A stretch of 64,000 nucleotides of DNA from an uncultured Alphaproteobacteria bacterium (lineage in GTDB: Bacteria; Pseudomonadota; Alphaproteobacteria; MPNO01; DASWLB01), in NCBI GenBank assembly GCA_963775315.1, contig CAVZIN010000010.1, forward strand, positions 101,268 through 165,267. Reading direction: 5' to 3'. The notes beneath the pieces were generated by a model that saw only the letters and a program-made list of their open reading frames with translations, made no database searches and was not told where the DNA came from. Below, piece by piece: positions 32,268-44,062 of the stretch. Numbering within the stretch: position 1 is the stretch's first letter; each line of letters starts with the position of its first letter. Both the position numbers and the translations under genes were made by a program.

Positions 32268-32718
32268 GGCCGGGCCGTACTATCCCGCTTGGCGAGGGCG
32301 ACGGCAAGGCGAACCTTGGCCGGCGCCGAGGCCTCGAACGGCGCCAGCCGGACCCTGCGGATCGCCACGCCCAGAAGGGTGCAACGCGCGAGCGCGGGCA
32401 TCCGTTCGACCGATTCGGGTGCCACGAGGTCCACCACCAGGGCGAGCGGCACGCGGGCCCGCCAGGGGACCGCGACGATGCCGATCCCGCGTGCCTCGAT
32501 CCGGCCGCGAAGACGTTCCGGCGCCCGCATCTCGACCCGATCGCCCGCGCGGGCCAGGGTCACCAGGTCGTCGGCCACCAGCCGCGCCCCCTCCTCGATC
32601 AGTCGGAGCGCGAGGTCGGACTTCCCCGCCCCCGCCGGCCCCCGCAGCAGCACGCCGGCCGCCCCGATGGCGACCCCCGTCGCGTGGACGGCGCGCGGGC
32701 CAGGCGCGCGCGTCGCCG

Positions 32719-32722
<4 letters not shown>
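32264..32722 (-). CDS. hprK: HPr kinase/phosphorylase, short alphaproteobacterial form (start uncertain)
   Basis: [33 protein letters not shown]. Confidence 0.85.
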
Positions 32723-33624
<902 letters not shown>

Positions 33625-33753
33625 ATCGACCTCCCATGCATGGAAATCCGAAAGGCGAAGTTTTAGGGTCCGCCTCGCCCCGAGTTCGAGTCCCGCCGAA
33701 GCCGCTTGATTCGCCCGTGGGTCGGCCTATCGTCGGGCGCGCGGGAGGGTGCT

Positions 33754-34542
33754 ATGGGCGATGCGCTGGGATGGCGGCGGAAGTTCGGGGTGGTGGCGCC
33801 GTCCACCAACACCTCGGTCCAGCCGGAATTCGACGACATGCGCCCGGCGGGCGTGACCAACCATCACGTGCGCATCTGGATTCCCGACGATCCGGTGGAA
33901 TCGGACGACGATTTCAACCGGCTGATGGACAACATCCGGGGCGCGTTCGACAATTCGCTCGACCGGGTGATGACCTGCCGGCCGGACTACATCGTCATGG
34001 GCATGTCGGCCGAGACGTTCTGGGACGGGCTTGCCGAGAGCCGGCGCATGCGCGACCGGGTGATGGAGCGCACCGGGCTCGGCGTCGCAATGGGATCGGA
34101 TTCGTGCCGCGCGGCGCTCGCTGCCTATGGCGGAGCCAAGCGCATCGCCGTCCTGACGCCCTACTGGCCGGTCGGCGACAAGAACGTGCGGCGCTTCTTC
34201 GAGCAGTGCGGGCTGGAGGTCGTGCGCATCGAGGGGCTGAAATGCCGGAGCCCGATGCTGATCGCCCACGTCGGCGAGGACGAACTGCGCGGCGCGCTCC
34301 GCCGGCTCGACGGCGACGACGTCGACGCCATCGTTCAGGTCGGCACCAACCTCGCCATGGCGAAGCTCGCCGACGAGGCGGAGCGCTGGCTCGCCAAGCC
34401 GGTGATCGCGATCAATGCCGCGACCTACTGGTACGCGCTGCGCGACAACAACATTCCGGACCGCGTGCGCGGCTACGGGCACCTGCTGGCGGAGGTTCCG
34501 ACCTTGCCGGACGGGTTCGGCACGGCGCGGCAGGCGTCATAA
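33754..34542 (+). CDS. Maleate cis-trans isomerase / arylmalonate decarboxylase (Asp/Glu racemase superfamily) protein
   Basis: GVVAPSTNT, AVLTPY, QVGTNL, KPVIAIN. Confidence 0.8.
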   Translation: MGDALGWRRKFGVVAPSTNTSVQPEFDDMRPAGVTNHHVRIWIPDDPVESDDDFNRLMDNIRGAFDNSLDRVMTCRPDYIVMGMSAETFWDGLAESRRMRDRVMERTGLGVAMGSDSCRAALAAYGGAKRIAVLTPYWPVGDKNVRRFFEQCGLEVVRIEGLKCRSPMLIAHVGEDELRGALRRLDGDDVDAIVQVGTNLAMAKLADEAERWLAKPVIAINAATYWYALRDNNIPDRVRGYGHLLAEVPTLPDGFGTARQAS

Positions 34543-34560
34543 GGACCGGCGGTCCGCCCC

Positions 34561-35662
34561 CTACCGCTTCGGCACGCCGAGCTGTTCGGCCATCCAGTCG
34601 GCGCACTGGGTGCGCCACAGATGACCGCGATTGTGGCCGACATGGATGCCGCCCTCGAGCAGCAGGAACACGCACGGCCCCTTCACCTCCTTCGAAACCC
34701 GCTCAGCATCCTGCCAGCGGGTGATGGTGTCGTTCTCGCCGGCGATGATGAAAATCGGGCAGGTGACGCGGCTCGCCACCCCTTCGAGGTTGAACGGGCG
34801 GGTCTTCTCGCGTGCCTCCTCGACGCTGCGGGAGTGGGTACGGAGCTTGTAGGCGTCCTTCAGCGTCTGCGGCCGCTGGTCGAAATTCTCGATGACGCTG
34901 TAGGCGCCGCCGTTGGCGATGGCGGCCCTGATGCGCTTCTCGAACGCGGCCGCGCGCGGGGCGTAGTAGCCGCCCATCGACGAGCCGGAGATGCCGAGCC
35001 GGGAGGCGTCGAGGTCGGCGCGCTTCTCCACCCAGTCGATGACCGCCGAAACCGGCTCCTCGAACGTGTGGCGGATCGGCCAGTCATACTCGCCCTCGCC
35101 CTGGCCGGGCCCGTCGAAGGACAGTGTGGCGATGCCGCGCTCGAGGAAGAGCTGCTCGTAATTATGCTGCTCCTCCTTGGTCGAATCCATGCCGGACACG
35201 ACCAGGATGACCGGCTGGGGCCCGGTGGCGCCCAGCGGCTTCCGCAGATAGCCGTAAAGATGCTTCCCCTCGAACGGGATCGCGACGCGCTCGCCCGGCG
35301 GCGAGAGGTGCGGGAGCGCGAGCGAGCGGCACTCGACCGCCTTCCTGTGGGCCGCGCGCATCTGGTCCACGTCGTGGGTGAACAGGAACTTGGCGAAATG
35401 ATACTCGACCGCGGCGGTGGTGAGGTGCATCGCCGCCGCGAGGTTCGAGCTGTTGGCGAGGCAGGCGCGGCCGGTCGCCTCGTGCATAGCGGCGCGCGCC
35501 GACCACGCGGCGCACCAGCCGTCCCACGAGTTCGATCGAATGGGTGACCTCGATAAAGTCCGTCACCGGCACGCCGGCGGCGGTGAAGCGGATCATCCAG
35601 TGCTCGCGCGCCGCGCGGATCTTCGCGTCCGGCTCCGACTTCCCTTTGACCTGGGTCGCCAT
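34561..35662 (-). CDS. Alpha/beta hydrolase, 2,6-dihydroxypseudooxynicotine hydrolase-like; +1 frameshift near 35531 in this sequence
   Basis: GMDSTKEE, DGPGQGE, GSSMGG nucleophile; the N-terminus (HWMIRF...) joins the downstream frame (SWDGWCAAWS) if one base is removed. Confidence 0.82.
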
Positions 35663-35752
35663 GACGTTTCCTCCCTGTGCTCTTCAAGATCATTGCGAGG
35701 AGCGGAGCTGCGCTCCCAATGGGGCGTTGGCTCTGTTCGCGCCAGGCCGCCG

Positions 35753-36292
35753 TCACGCCGCGACGGTGCCGAACTCCTTCACCTCGTTCCGCTCCGGCGC
35801 GAAGCGCTCGCGCGGGATCGCATCGAGGTCGCAGCCGGTGACCCGCACCACCCAGGCGCCCTCGGGCATGTAGGTGTTGTGGATCTGACGCGGCCGGTAG
35901 GGCACGGCCATGCCGGGGGCGAGGCGGTAGGTCCGCTCCTTCTCGATCTTCGCATGGCCCGGGTTTCGGCCGTCGTCGGTCCGGCGCCACTCGGTCATCT
36001 CGGTGAAGCCGCGCGCGACTCCATAGATCGCCCAGGACGCGCCGTGGTTATGGGGCGATCCCGGACCCTTCTGCGGCCGATGGTGGTGGATCAGCACGTT
36101 GAAGCCGAGCGGGTCGCGATAGACGACCTCGGACGACTGTCCCTTGGCGGGATCGAAATGGGCGGCGACGAAGTCGGGGTCGACCAGCAGCGCCTCGAGC
36201 TTCTTCGCCACCTTGGCGCGCGCGTCGTCGGTTTCGCCGCCCTTCAGGATTTCGTGGGCATCGGCGCAGAACGCTGCGAGCGTGTAGGACAT
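35753..36292 (-). CDS. Cupin / cysteine dioxygenase-like protein
   Basis: PHNHGASWAIYG and IH metal-ligand pattern. Confidence 0.7.
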   Translation of the reverse strand: MSYTLAAFCADAHEILKGGETDDARAKVAKKLEALLVDPDFVAAHFDPAKGQSSEVVYRDPLGFNVLIHHHRPQKGPGSPHNHGASWAIYGVARGFTEMTEWRRTDDGRNPGHAKIEKERTYRLAPGMAVPYRPRQIHNTYMPEGAWVVRVTGCDLDAIPRERFAPERNEVKEFGTVAA

Positions 36293-36457
36293 GGCAAGTC
36301 TCCCGCGAGCCGCCCGGATCGGGCGGAAGGAAGACTAGACCCGAGCGGGAACGGCCGGCAAGCCGCGCTTCGTGAGGCGCCGGAGAGCGATCCGCCTGGA
36401 ACGACATTCGGGGCGCCGCCGGGGTCCGGCAGCGCCCGAACGCCTTGTACGTCGGAC

Positions 36458-38758
<2,301 letters not shown>

Positions 38759-38815
38759 TCAAATGTCGGCTATCCAACCCGGCGGTCTTGTATCGGAACA
38801 GCGGATCGGATGGTC

Positions 38816-40063
38816 ATGGACATCGCCATCATCGGGGGCGGGATCGGCGGGCTGACGCTCGCCCTCGACCTTCACCAGCGCGGCGTTGCGTGCCGCGTCT
38901 ACGAAAGCGCGCCCGAGGTGAAGGAGCTGGGCGTCGGCATCACCTTGCTGCCGCACGCAATGCGCGAGTTCACGGCGCTCGGACTCGGCGACGAGCTGCT
39001 CGCCCAGGGGATCGAGAACCGCGAGAGCTGCTTCTACAACCGGTTCGGCCAGCTCATCTATTCCGAGCCGCGCGGCAAGTTCGCGGGCTACAAGGTGCCC
39101 GAGGTCGGCATCCATCGCGCCCGGCTGCATTTGACCCTGCTCGCCGCCGCGCGCGAGCGGCTGGGCGCCGACCGGGTGCTGACCGACCATCAACTGCTGG
39201 GACTCGACCAGTCGGATGGCAAGGTCACGCTGCGCTTCAAGTCGAGCGCGACCGGACAGGCCCGCCCGCCCGTCACGGCCGACATCGCGATCGGCTGCGA
39301 CGGCGTGAACTCGACCGTGCGCCGCGGCTTCTATCCCGACGAGGAGCTCCGCTTCATCGGCATCAACACCTGGCGCGGGGTCAGCCGGATCAAGCCGTTC
39401 CTGACCGGCCGGTCCTATGTGCGGGTGGGCTCGATCAAGACGGGCAAGATCGTGATCTACCCGATCGTCGACGACGTGGACGGGAAAGGCAACCAGCTCG
39501 TCAACTGGACGACCGAGTTGCTGCAGGATTCCTACGAGCGGAACGACTGGAACAAGCCAGGCAATTTGGACGACTTCATCGGCATCTACGAGAGCTGGGC
39601 ATTCGACTGGCTGAACGTGCCCGAGATGATCCGCCGCTCGGACGTGATCTTCGAGTACCCGATGGTGGACAAGGATCCGATCGACCGGTGGACTTTCGGC
39701 CGCGTCACCCTGCTGGGCGACGCCGCGCACCCGATGTACCCGCGCGGTTCCAACGGCTCGGCCCAGGCGGTGCTCGACGCACGGGCGCTTTCGGACCTGC
39801 TCGCGAAGGGCGGCGATCCCGAGGCCACGCTCCAGGCTTACCAGGCGCAGCGCACCGGCCCGACCGCGCGCGTGGTGCGCACCAACCGCGAGACCCCGCC
39901 CGACTTCATCATCATCAAGGTCGAGGAGCTGGTCGGCGACCGCCCGTTCGACGATCTGGACAAGTTCATCACCCAGCCCGAGCTCAAGCGGCTTTCCGAC
40001 GACTACAAGCGGGTCGCCGGCTTCTCCCTCGAAGACGTGGCGCAGCCGGCCGCGGGCCTGTAA
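38816..40063 (+). CDS. FAD-dependent monooxygenase (salicylate hydroxylase-like), copy 1
   Basis: GGGIGG, GCDGVNS, LLGDAAHPMYP; alternative start at 38810. Confidence 0.88.
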   Translation: MDIAIIGGGIGGLTLALDLHQRGVACRVYESAPEVKELGVGITLLPHAMREFTALGLGDELLAQGIENRESCFYNRFGQLIYSEPRGKFAGYKVPEVGIHRARLHLTLLAAARERLGADRVLTDHQLLGLDQSDGKVTLRFKSSATGQARPPVTADIAIGCDGVNSTVRRGFYPDEELRFIGINTWRGVSRIKPFLTGRSYVRVGSIKTGKIVIYPIVDDVDGKGNQLVNWTTELLQDSYERNDWNKPGNLDDFIGIYESWAFDWLNVPEMIRRSDVIFEYPMVDKDPIDRWTFGRVTLLGDAAHPMYPRGSNGSAQAVLDARALSDLLAKGGDPEATLQAYQAQRTGPTARVVRTNRETPPDFIIIKVEELVGDRPFDDLDKFITQPELKRLSDDYKRVAGFSLEDVAQPAAGL

Positions 40064-40112
40064 CGTTCGTCCCGGCCGCCGCGGCGCGGCCGGACACGAA
40101 CGGGAGGGCCGC

Positions 40113-41339
40113 ATGGAGATCGCAATCGTCGGCGGCGGGATCGGCGGGTTGACGCTCGCGCTCGCGCTGCACCAGCGGGGCATTGCCGCCCGCGTCTACG
40201 AGGGCGTGGCGGAGGTGAGGGAGCTGGGGGTGGGCATCACCCTGCTGCCTCATGCGATGCGGGAGTACGCCGCGCTCGGGCTCGAGGCGGCGCTGGTCGC
40301 CCAGGGGGTCGAGACCCGCGAGTCCAGCCATTTCAACCGGTTCGGACAGCTCATCCATACCGAGCCGCGCGGCCGCTACGCCGGCTACGCAGTGCCCGAG
40401 GTGATGATCCACCGCGCCAGGCTGCACCTTACCTTGTGGAACGCGGCGATCGAGCGGTTGGGCGCCGACCGCGTGTTGACCGACCACCAGTGCGTCGGGT
40501 TCGACCAGGACGCGGACGGGGTGACGCTACGCTTCACCTCCGCTTCGGGGGCCGTGCGCCCGCCGGTGAAGGCCGAATACGTGGTCGCCTGCGACGGGGT
40601 CAACTCCACCATCCGGCGCCAGTTCTACCCCGACGAGACGCTGGCGTTCGGCGGCATCAACACCTGGCGCGGCGTGACGCGCGGCAAGCCTTTCCTCAGC
40701 GGCCAGACCTATGTCCGCGCCGGCGCGATGGGCACGGGCAACATCGTCATCTATCCGATCGAGAACGACATCGACGGCGAGGGGAACCAGCTCATCAACT
40801 GGACGACCCAGGTCTACCAGCCCGGGTTCCAGGCGAACGACTGGAACAGGAAGGGCCGGATCGAGGACTTCATCCACATCTACGAGAGCTGGACGTTCGA
40901 CTGGCTCGACGTGCCGGACATGATCCGGCGCTCGGACGTGCTGCTCGAATACCCGATGATCGACAAGGACCCGGTCGACCGCTGGACCTTCGGCCGCGTG
41001 ACGCTGCTGGGCGACGCCGCCCACCCGATGTACCAGCGGGGCTCCAACGGCTCCGCCCAGGCGGTGATCGATTCCCGCACGCTGGCCGACGCGCTGGCCA
41101 AGGGCGGCGACCCGCGCGCCGCCTTCGCCGCCTACGAGGCGGCCCGGCGCGAGACGACGGCGCGCATCGTGCGCACCAACCGCACCACCCCGCCCGACTA
41201 CATGATCATCCGGGTCGAGGAGCTGGTGGGCGACCGGCCGTTCGACGACCTCGACAAGTACATCTCGCGCGCCGAGCTCGACGCGATGATCGAGGATTAT
41301 AAGCGCGTCACCGGCTACGCCCGCGCCGACGTGGCTTAG
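40113..41339 (+). CDS. FAD-dependent monooxygenase (salicylate hydroxylase-like), copy 2
   Basis: Same motifs and colinear with the upstream paralog. Confidence 0.88.
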   Translation: MEIAIVGGGIGGLTLALALHQRGIAARVYEGVAEVRELGVGITLLPHAMREYAALGLEAALVAQGVETRESSHFNRFGQLIHTEPRGRYAGYAVPEVMIHRARLHLTLWNAAIERLGADRVLTDHQCVGFDQDADGVTLRFTSASGAVRPPVKAEYVVACDGVNSTIRRQFYPDETLAFGGINTWRGVTRGKPFLSGQTYVRAGAMGTGNIVIYPIENDIDGEGNQLINWTTQVYQPGFQANDWNRKGRIEDFIHIYESWTFDWLDVPDMIRRSDVLLEYPMIDKDPVDRWTFGRVTLLGDAAHPMYQRGSNGSAQAVIDSRTLADALAKGGDPRAAFAAYEAARRETTARIVRTNRTTPPDYMIIRVEELVGDRPFDDLDKYISRAELDAMIEDYKRVTGYARADVA

Positions 41340-41359
41340 GCCGGGGCGTCACGCGCACC

Positions 41360-42271
41360 TCAGTGGCCGCGATAGACGGGCGCGGGCTGGGCGAAGAACG
41401 ACGCCAGGATGTGATAGACCAGCGCGTAGTTCTTCTGCTGGAACGACGCATGGGCGATGCCCGGCATCACTGCGAACTGCTTGTCCGGGTTGGGCAGGCG
41501 GGCGAAGAACGCCATCAGGTCCTCGGTCGACGCGATGCCGTCGTACTCACCCCGCATGACGATGGTCGCGGCGGCGATCTTCGCCGGATCGACCAGCGGC
41601 AGCTTCGAGCACATGTCGACATAGGTGCCGGTCGGCACGGAATCGTCGAGGGCGAGGATCGCGTCCGCGAAGGCCTCGACCGTCGCGTCGTCGGCGGTGC
41701 CGGGGTGGTCGCGCGTGAAGATCGAGCGCACGAAGGCGCGGTCGATCGGGCGCCGGTTGGCCGCAAGATATTCAGGCAGGCGCTTCTTGCGGTCGGCGAG
41801 GGTGGGACTGCCTTCGCCCGTCCACACCATCGCGTCGAGGGCGAGGCGGGCCACGCGGTCGGGCCGGTTCTGCGCAAATAGTGCCGCGCGCAGCGCGCCC
41901 GACGAGATACCGTAGACCAGGAGCGACGCGTTTCCGTCCACCGACGCGATATGGTCGGCGGCAACGGACAGATCTGCCGCGCCGTTGGCGATGTCGCAGT
42001 TGATCGGGCGTGTCTTGTCGGACCGGCCGTAGCCTTCCATGTCCACGCACCAGGTGAGGTAGCCGCGGCGCGCGAACCAGTCCATCACCGAGGCGTCGGC
42101 GCGCCCCGGGACGGTGAGGTCGAAGGTCGGCTGCGATGCCATCGACGAGCCGTGCACGAACAGGATGATCCCGCGCGGCGGCGCGGGTGGCGCCGCGAGC
42201 GCCTTGCGCCACAAAAAAAGCCGGACGTCGCCCTTCTTCGTCCAGTGTGCGGCGCCCGTCACCTCGTCCAT
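41360..42271 (-). CDS. Alpha/beta fold hydrolase
   Basis: FVHGSS, DMEGYGRS, GISSGA nucleophile elbow. Confidence 0.82.
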   Translation of the reverse strand: MDEVTGAAHWTKKGDVRLFLWRKALAAPPAPPRGIILFVHGSSMASQPTFDLTVPGRADASVMDWFARRGYLTWCVDMEGYGRSDKTRPINCDIANGAADLSVAADHIASVDGNASLLVYGISSGALRAALFAQNRPDRVARLALDAMVWTGEGSPTLADRKKRLPEYLAANRRPIDRAFVRSIFTRDHPGTADDATVEAFADAILALDDSVPTGTYVDMCSKLPLVDPAKIAAATIVMRGEYDGIASTEDLMAFFARLPNPDKQFAVMPGIAHASFQQKNYALVYHILASFFAQPAPVYRGH

Positions 42272-42575
42272 GCGACCCTCCGTCGTTGCCGGCGGAATGT
42301 GGCCGCCGCCGGCGGGTGGGGCAACGGAAATCCGGCGCCGATCATTGCCCGCCCGGCACCACATTGTCTCCATTTCGCGAACAAATAGTCACCGAGGCTG
42401 CCCCCGATCGCCTGCGTCAGACCACGGTATTCCGTGACCATACGGTGGCACCCAGGCCGGGGCGGTCGCTCCACCCCCTTGAAAACGCAAGGCCTGACCC
42501 GCAATTATGCTCATTGACGGACCCTGGACCGCAAGCGTAGATAGCGGCGGGTCAGCAAGGTTGACTCTTTTTTGC

Positions 42576-42600
42576 GGAACCCAACGAGCACCATTACGTT
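42576..42600 (+). promoter_or_regulatory. EcfG/SigT-type promoter upstream of the galE operon
   Basis: GGAAC-N16-CGTT. Confidence 0.62.
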
Positions 42601-42904
42601 TCCGCCGCGTGCACGATGCCGCAGCTGGGCGGGATCGACGGAAGCTGTGGCTCTGGTCCGTGAACAAGTGCAACCGCACCGCCCGCGCTGTTTCGCCCTC
42701 ACAGGAAGCGCAAAGGGCGGACGAGGGTCGCAACGATGGAAGAAGGATCCCGTGTCGAACTGATGACCGGGCCGGGAAGCCGGCCCCTGCGGCGTGCCGC
42801 CGATAATGGCCACGCCAACGCACGCGCCCCGCGGTCGACAACCCGCACCTGACAAGGCGCCCGCAGCGTTTCCACCTCCCCCCATTCAGCGAAAGAAAAC
42901 GATC

Positions 42905-44050
42905 ATGGTCGGCGCTCGCCGTCGGCAACGGGGCAAGACAAGCCCGCGCGCGGTGCTGGTCACCGGCGGGGCCGGCTACGTTGGAAGTCACACCTGCAAG
43001 GCGCTGTTCGGCGCCGGCTTTACGCCCATCACCTTCGACAACCTGTCGCGCGGCCATGCCGACGCGGTGCGCTGGGGCCCGCTGGTCAAGGGCGACGTCG
43101 CCGACCGCGCCCTTCTCGTGCGCACCATCCAGGACTATGGCGTCGACGCGGTGGTCCATTTCGCGGGGTTCGCCTATGTCGGCGAGTCGATGACCGCACC
43201 CGAAATCTACTTCCGCAACAATTTCGCCGATCCGTTGGCCCTTCTGCAGGCGATGATCGAGACCGGCGTGCGCGACATCGTGTTTTCGTCGACCTGCGCG
43301 ACCTATGGCATTCCGCAGGCGGTGCCGATCGCCGAGGACCATCCTCAGGCGCCGATCAACCCTTACGGTGAATCCAAGCTGATGTTCGAGCGCGCCGTAC
43401 GCTGGTACGGCGAAATCCGCGGGCTGCGCTGGGTGTCGCTGCGCTACTTCAACGCCGCCGGCGCCGATCCCGACGGTGAGCTGGTCGAGAACCACGACCC
43501 CGAGACGCATTTGATCCCGCTCGCCATCCGCGCCGCCCTCGGCCGCGAGCGCGAGCTGGTGCTGAACGGCACCGACTACCCGACGCCCGACGGCACCGCC
43601 GTGCGCGACTTCATCCATGTCTCCGACCTCGCCGACGCCCACGTGAAGGCACTCACCTACCTCGAGGCCGACTGCCCGAGCGCCGCGTTCAATCTCGGCA
43701 CCGGCAACGGCCACTCGGTGCGCGAGGTGATCGCCGCCGTCGAGCGCGTCACCGGCCGCCGCGTGCCGGTCCGCGCCGCGCCGCGCCGGCCGGGCGACCC
43801 CGCGGTGCTGGTGGCCGACGCGGTGCGCATGCGCGCCGCCACCGGCTGGAAGCCGCGCCGCTCGTCCCTCGACACGATCGTCGAGACCGCGGCGATCGGT
43901 CAGGACACGCTGGTGCACGCGCATGGCCACGGCGAGATCCCGGTCCTTGCCCCAATCCCGGCGGCGGCCGCAGCAGCCGCGGCCGGGCCGGGCCCGGCGG
44001 GGGCGATCGATACCGCGGCGCCCGGCGTCCGCCTCGCCCCGATCGACTGA
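42905..44050 (+). CDS. galE: UDP-glucose 4-epimerase (start uncertain)
   Basis: TGGAGYVGSH, FSSTCATYG, YGESK, LRYFNAAG, DGTAVRDFIHV. Confidence 0.9.
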   Translation: MVGARRRQRGKTSPRAVLVTGGAGYVGSHTCKALFGAGFTPITFDNLSRGHADAVRWGPLVKGDVADRALLVRTIQDYGVDAVVHFAGFAYVGESMTAPEIYFRNNFADPLALLQAMIETGVRDIVFSSTCATYGIPQAVPIAEDHPQAPINPYGESKLMFERAVRWYGEIRGLRWVSLRYFNAAGADPDGELVENHDPETHLIPLAIRAALGRERELVLNGTDYPTPDGTAVRDFIHVSDLADAHVKALTYLEADCPSAAFNLGTGNGHSVREVIAAVERVTGRRVPVRAAPRRPGDPAVLVADAVRMRAATGWKPRRSSLDTIVETAAIGQDTLVHAHGHGEIPVLAPIPAAAAAAAAGPGPAGAIDTAAPGVRLAPID

Positions 44051-44062
44051 CCGGCCGCTCCG

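Noticed and set aside
33678-33700. GTTCGAGTCC resembling a tRNA T-loop upstream of purC
   Set aside because: The flanks (CCGAG / CCCGC) do not form a T-stem, and no cloverleaf or CCA end can be built.
35689-35725. TCATTGCGAGGAGCG resembling an alphaproteobacterial intergenic repeat
   Set aside because: Only a short degenerate half is present and there is no second copy in the window.
42422-42448. Imperfect palindrome CCACGGTAT-N9-ATACGGTGG in the long divergent intergenic region
   Set aside because: Single imperfect instance with no cognate regulator nearby; it cannot be supported.
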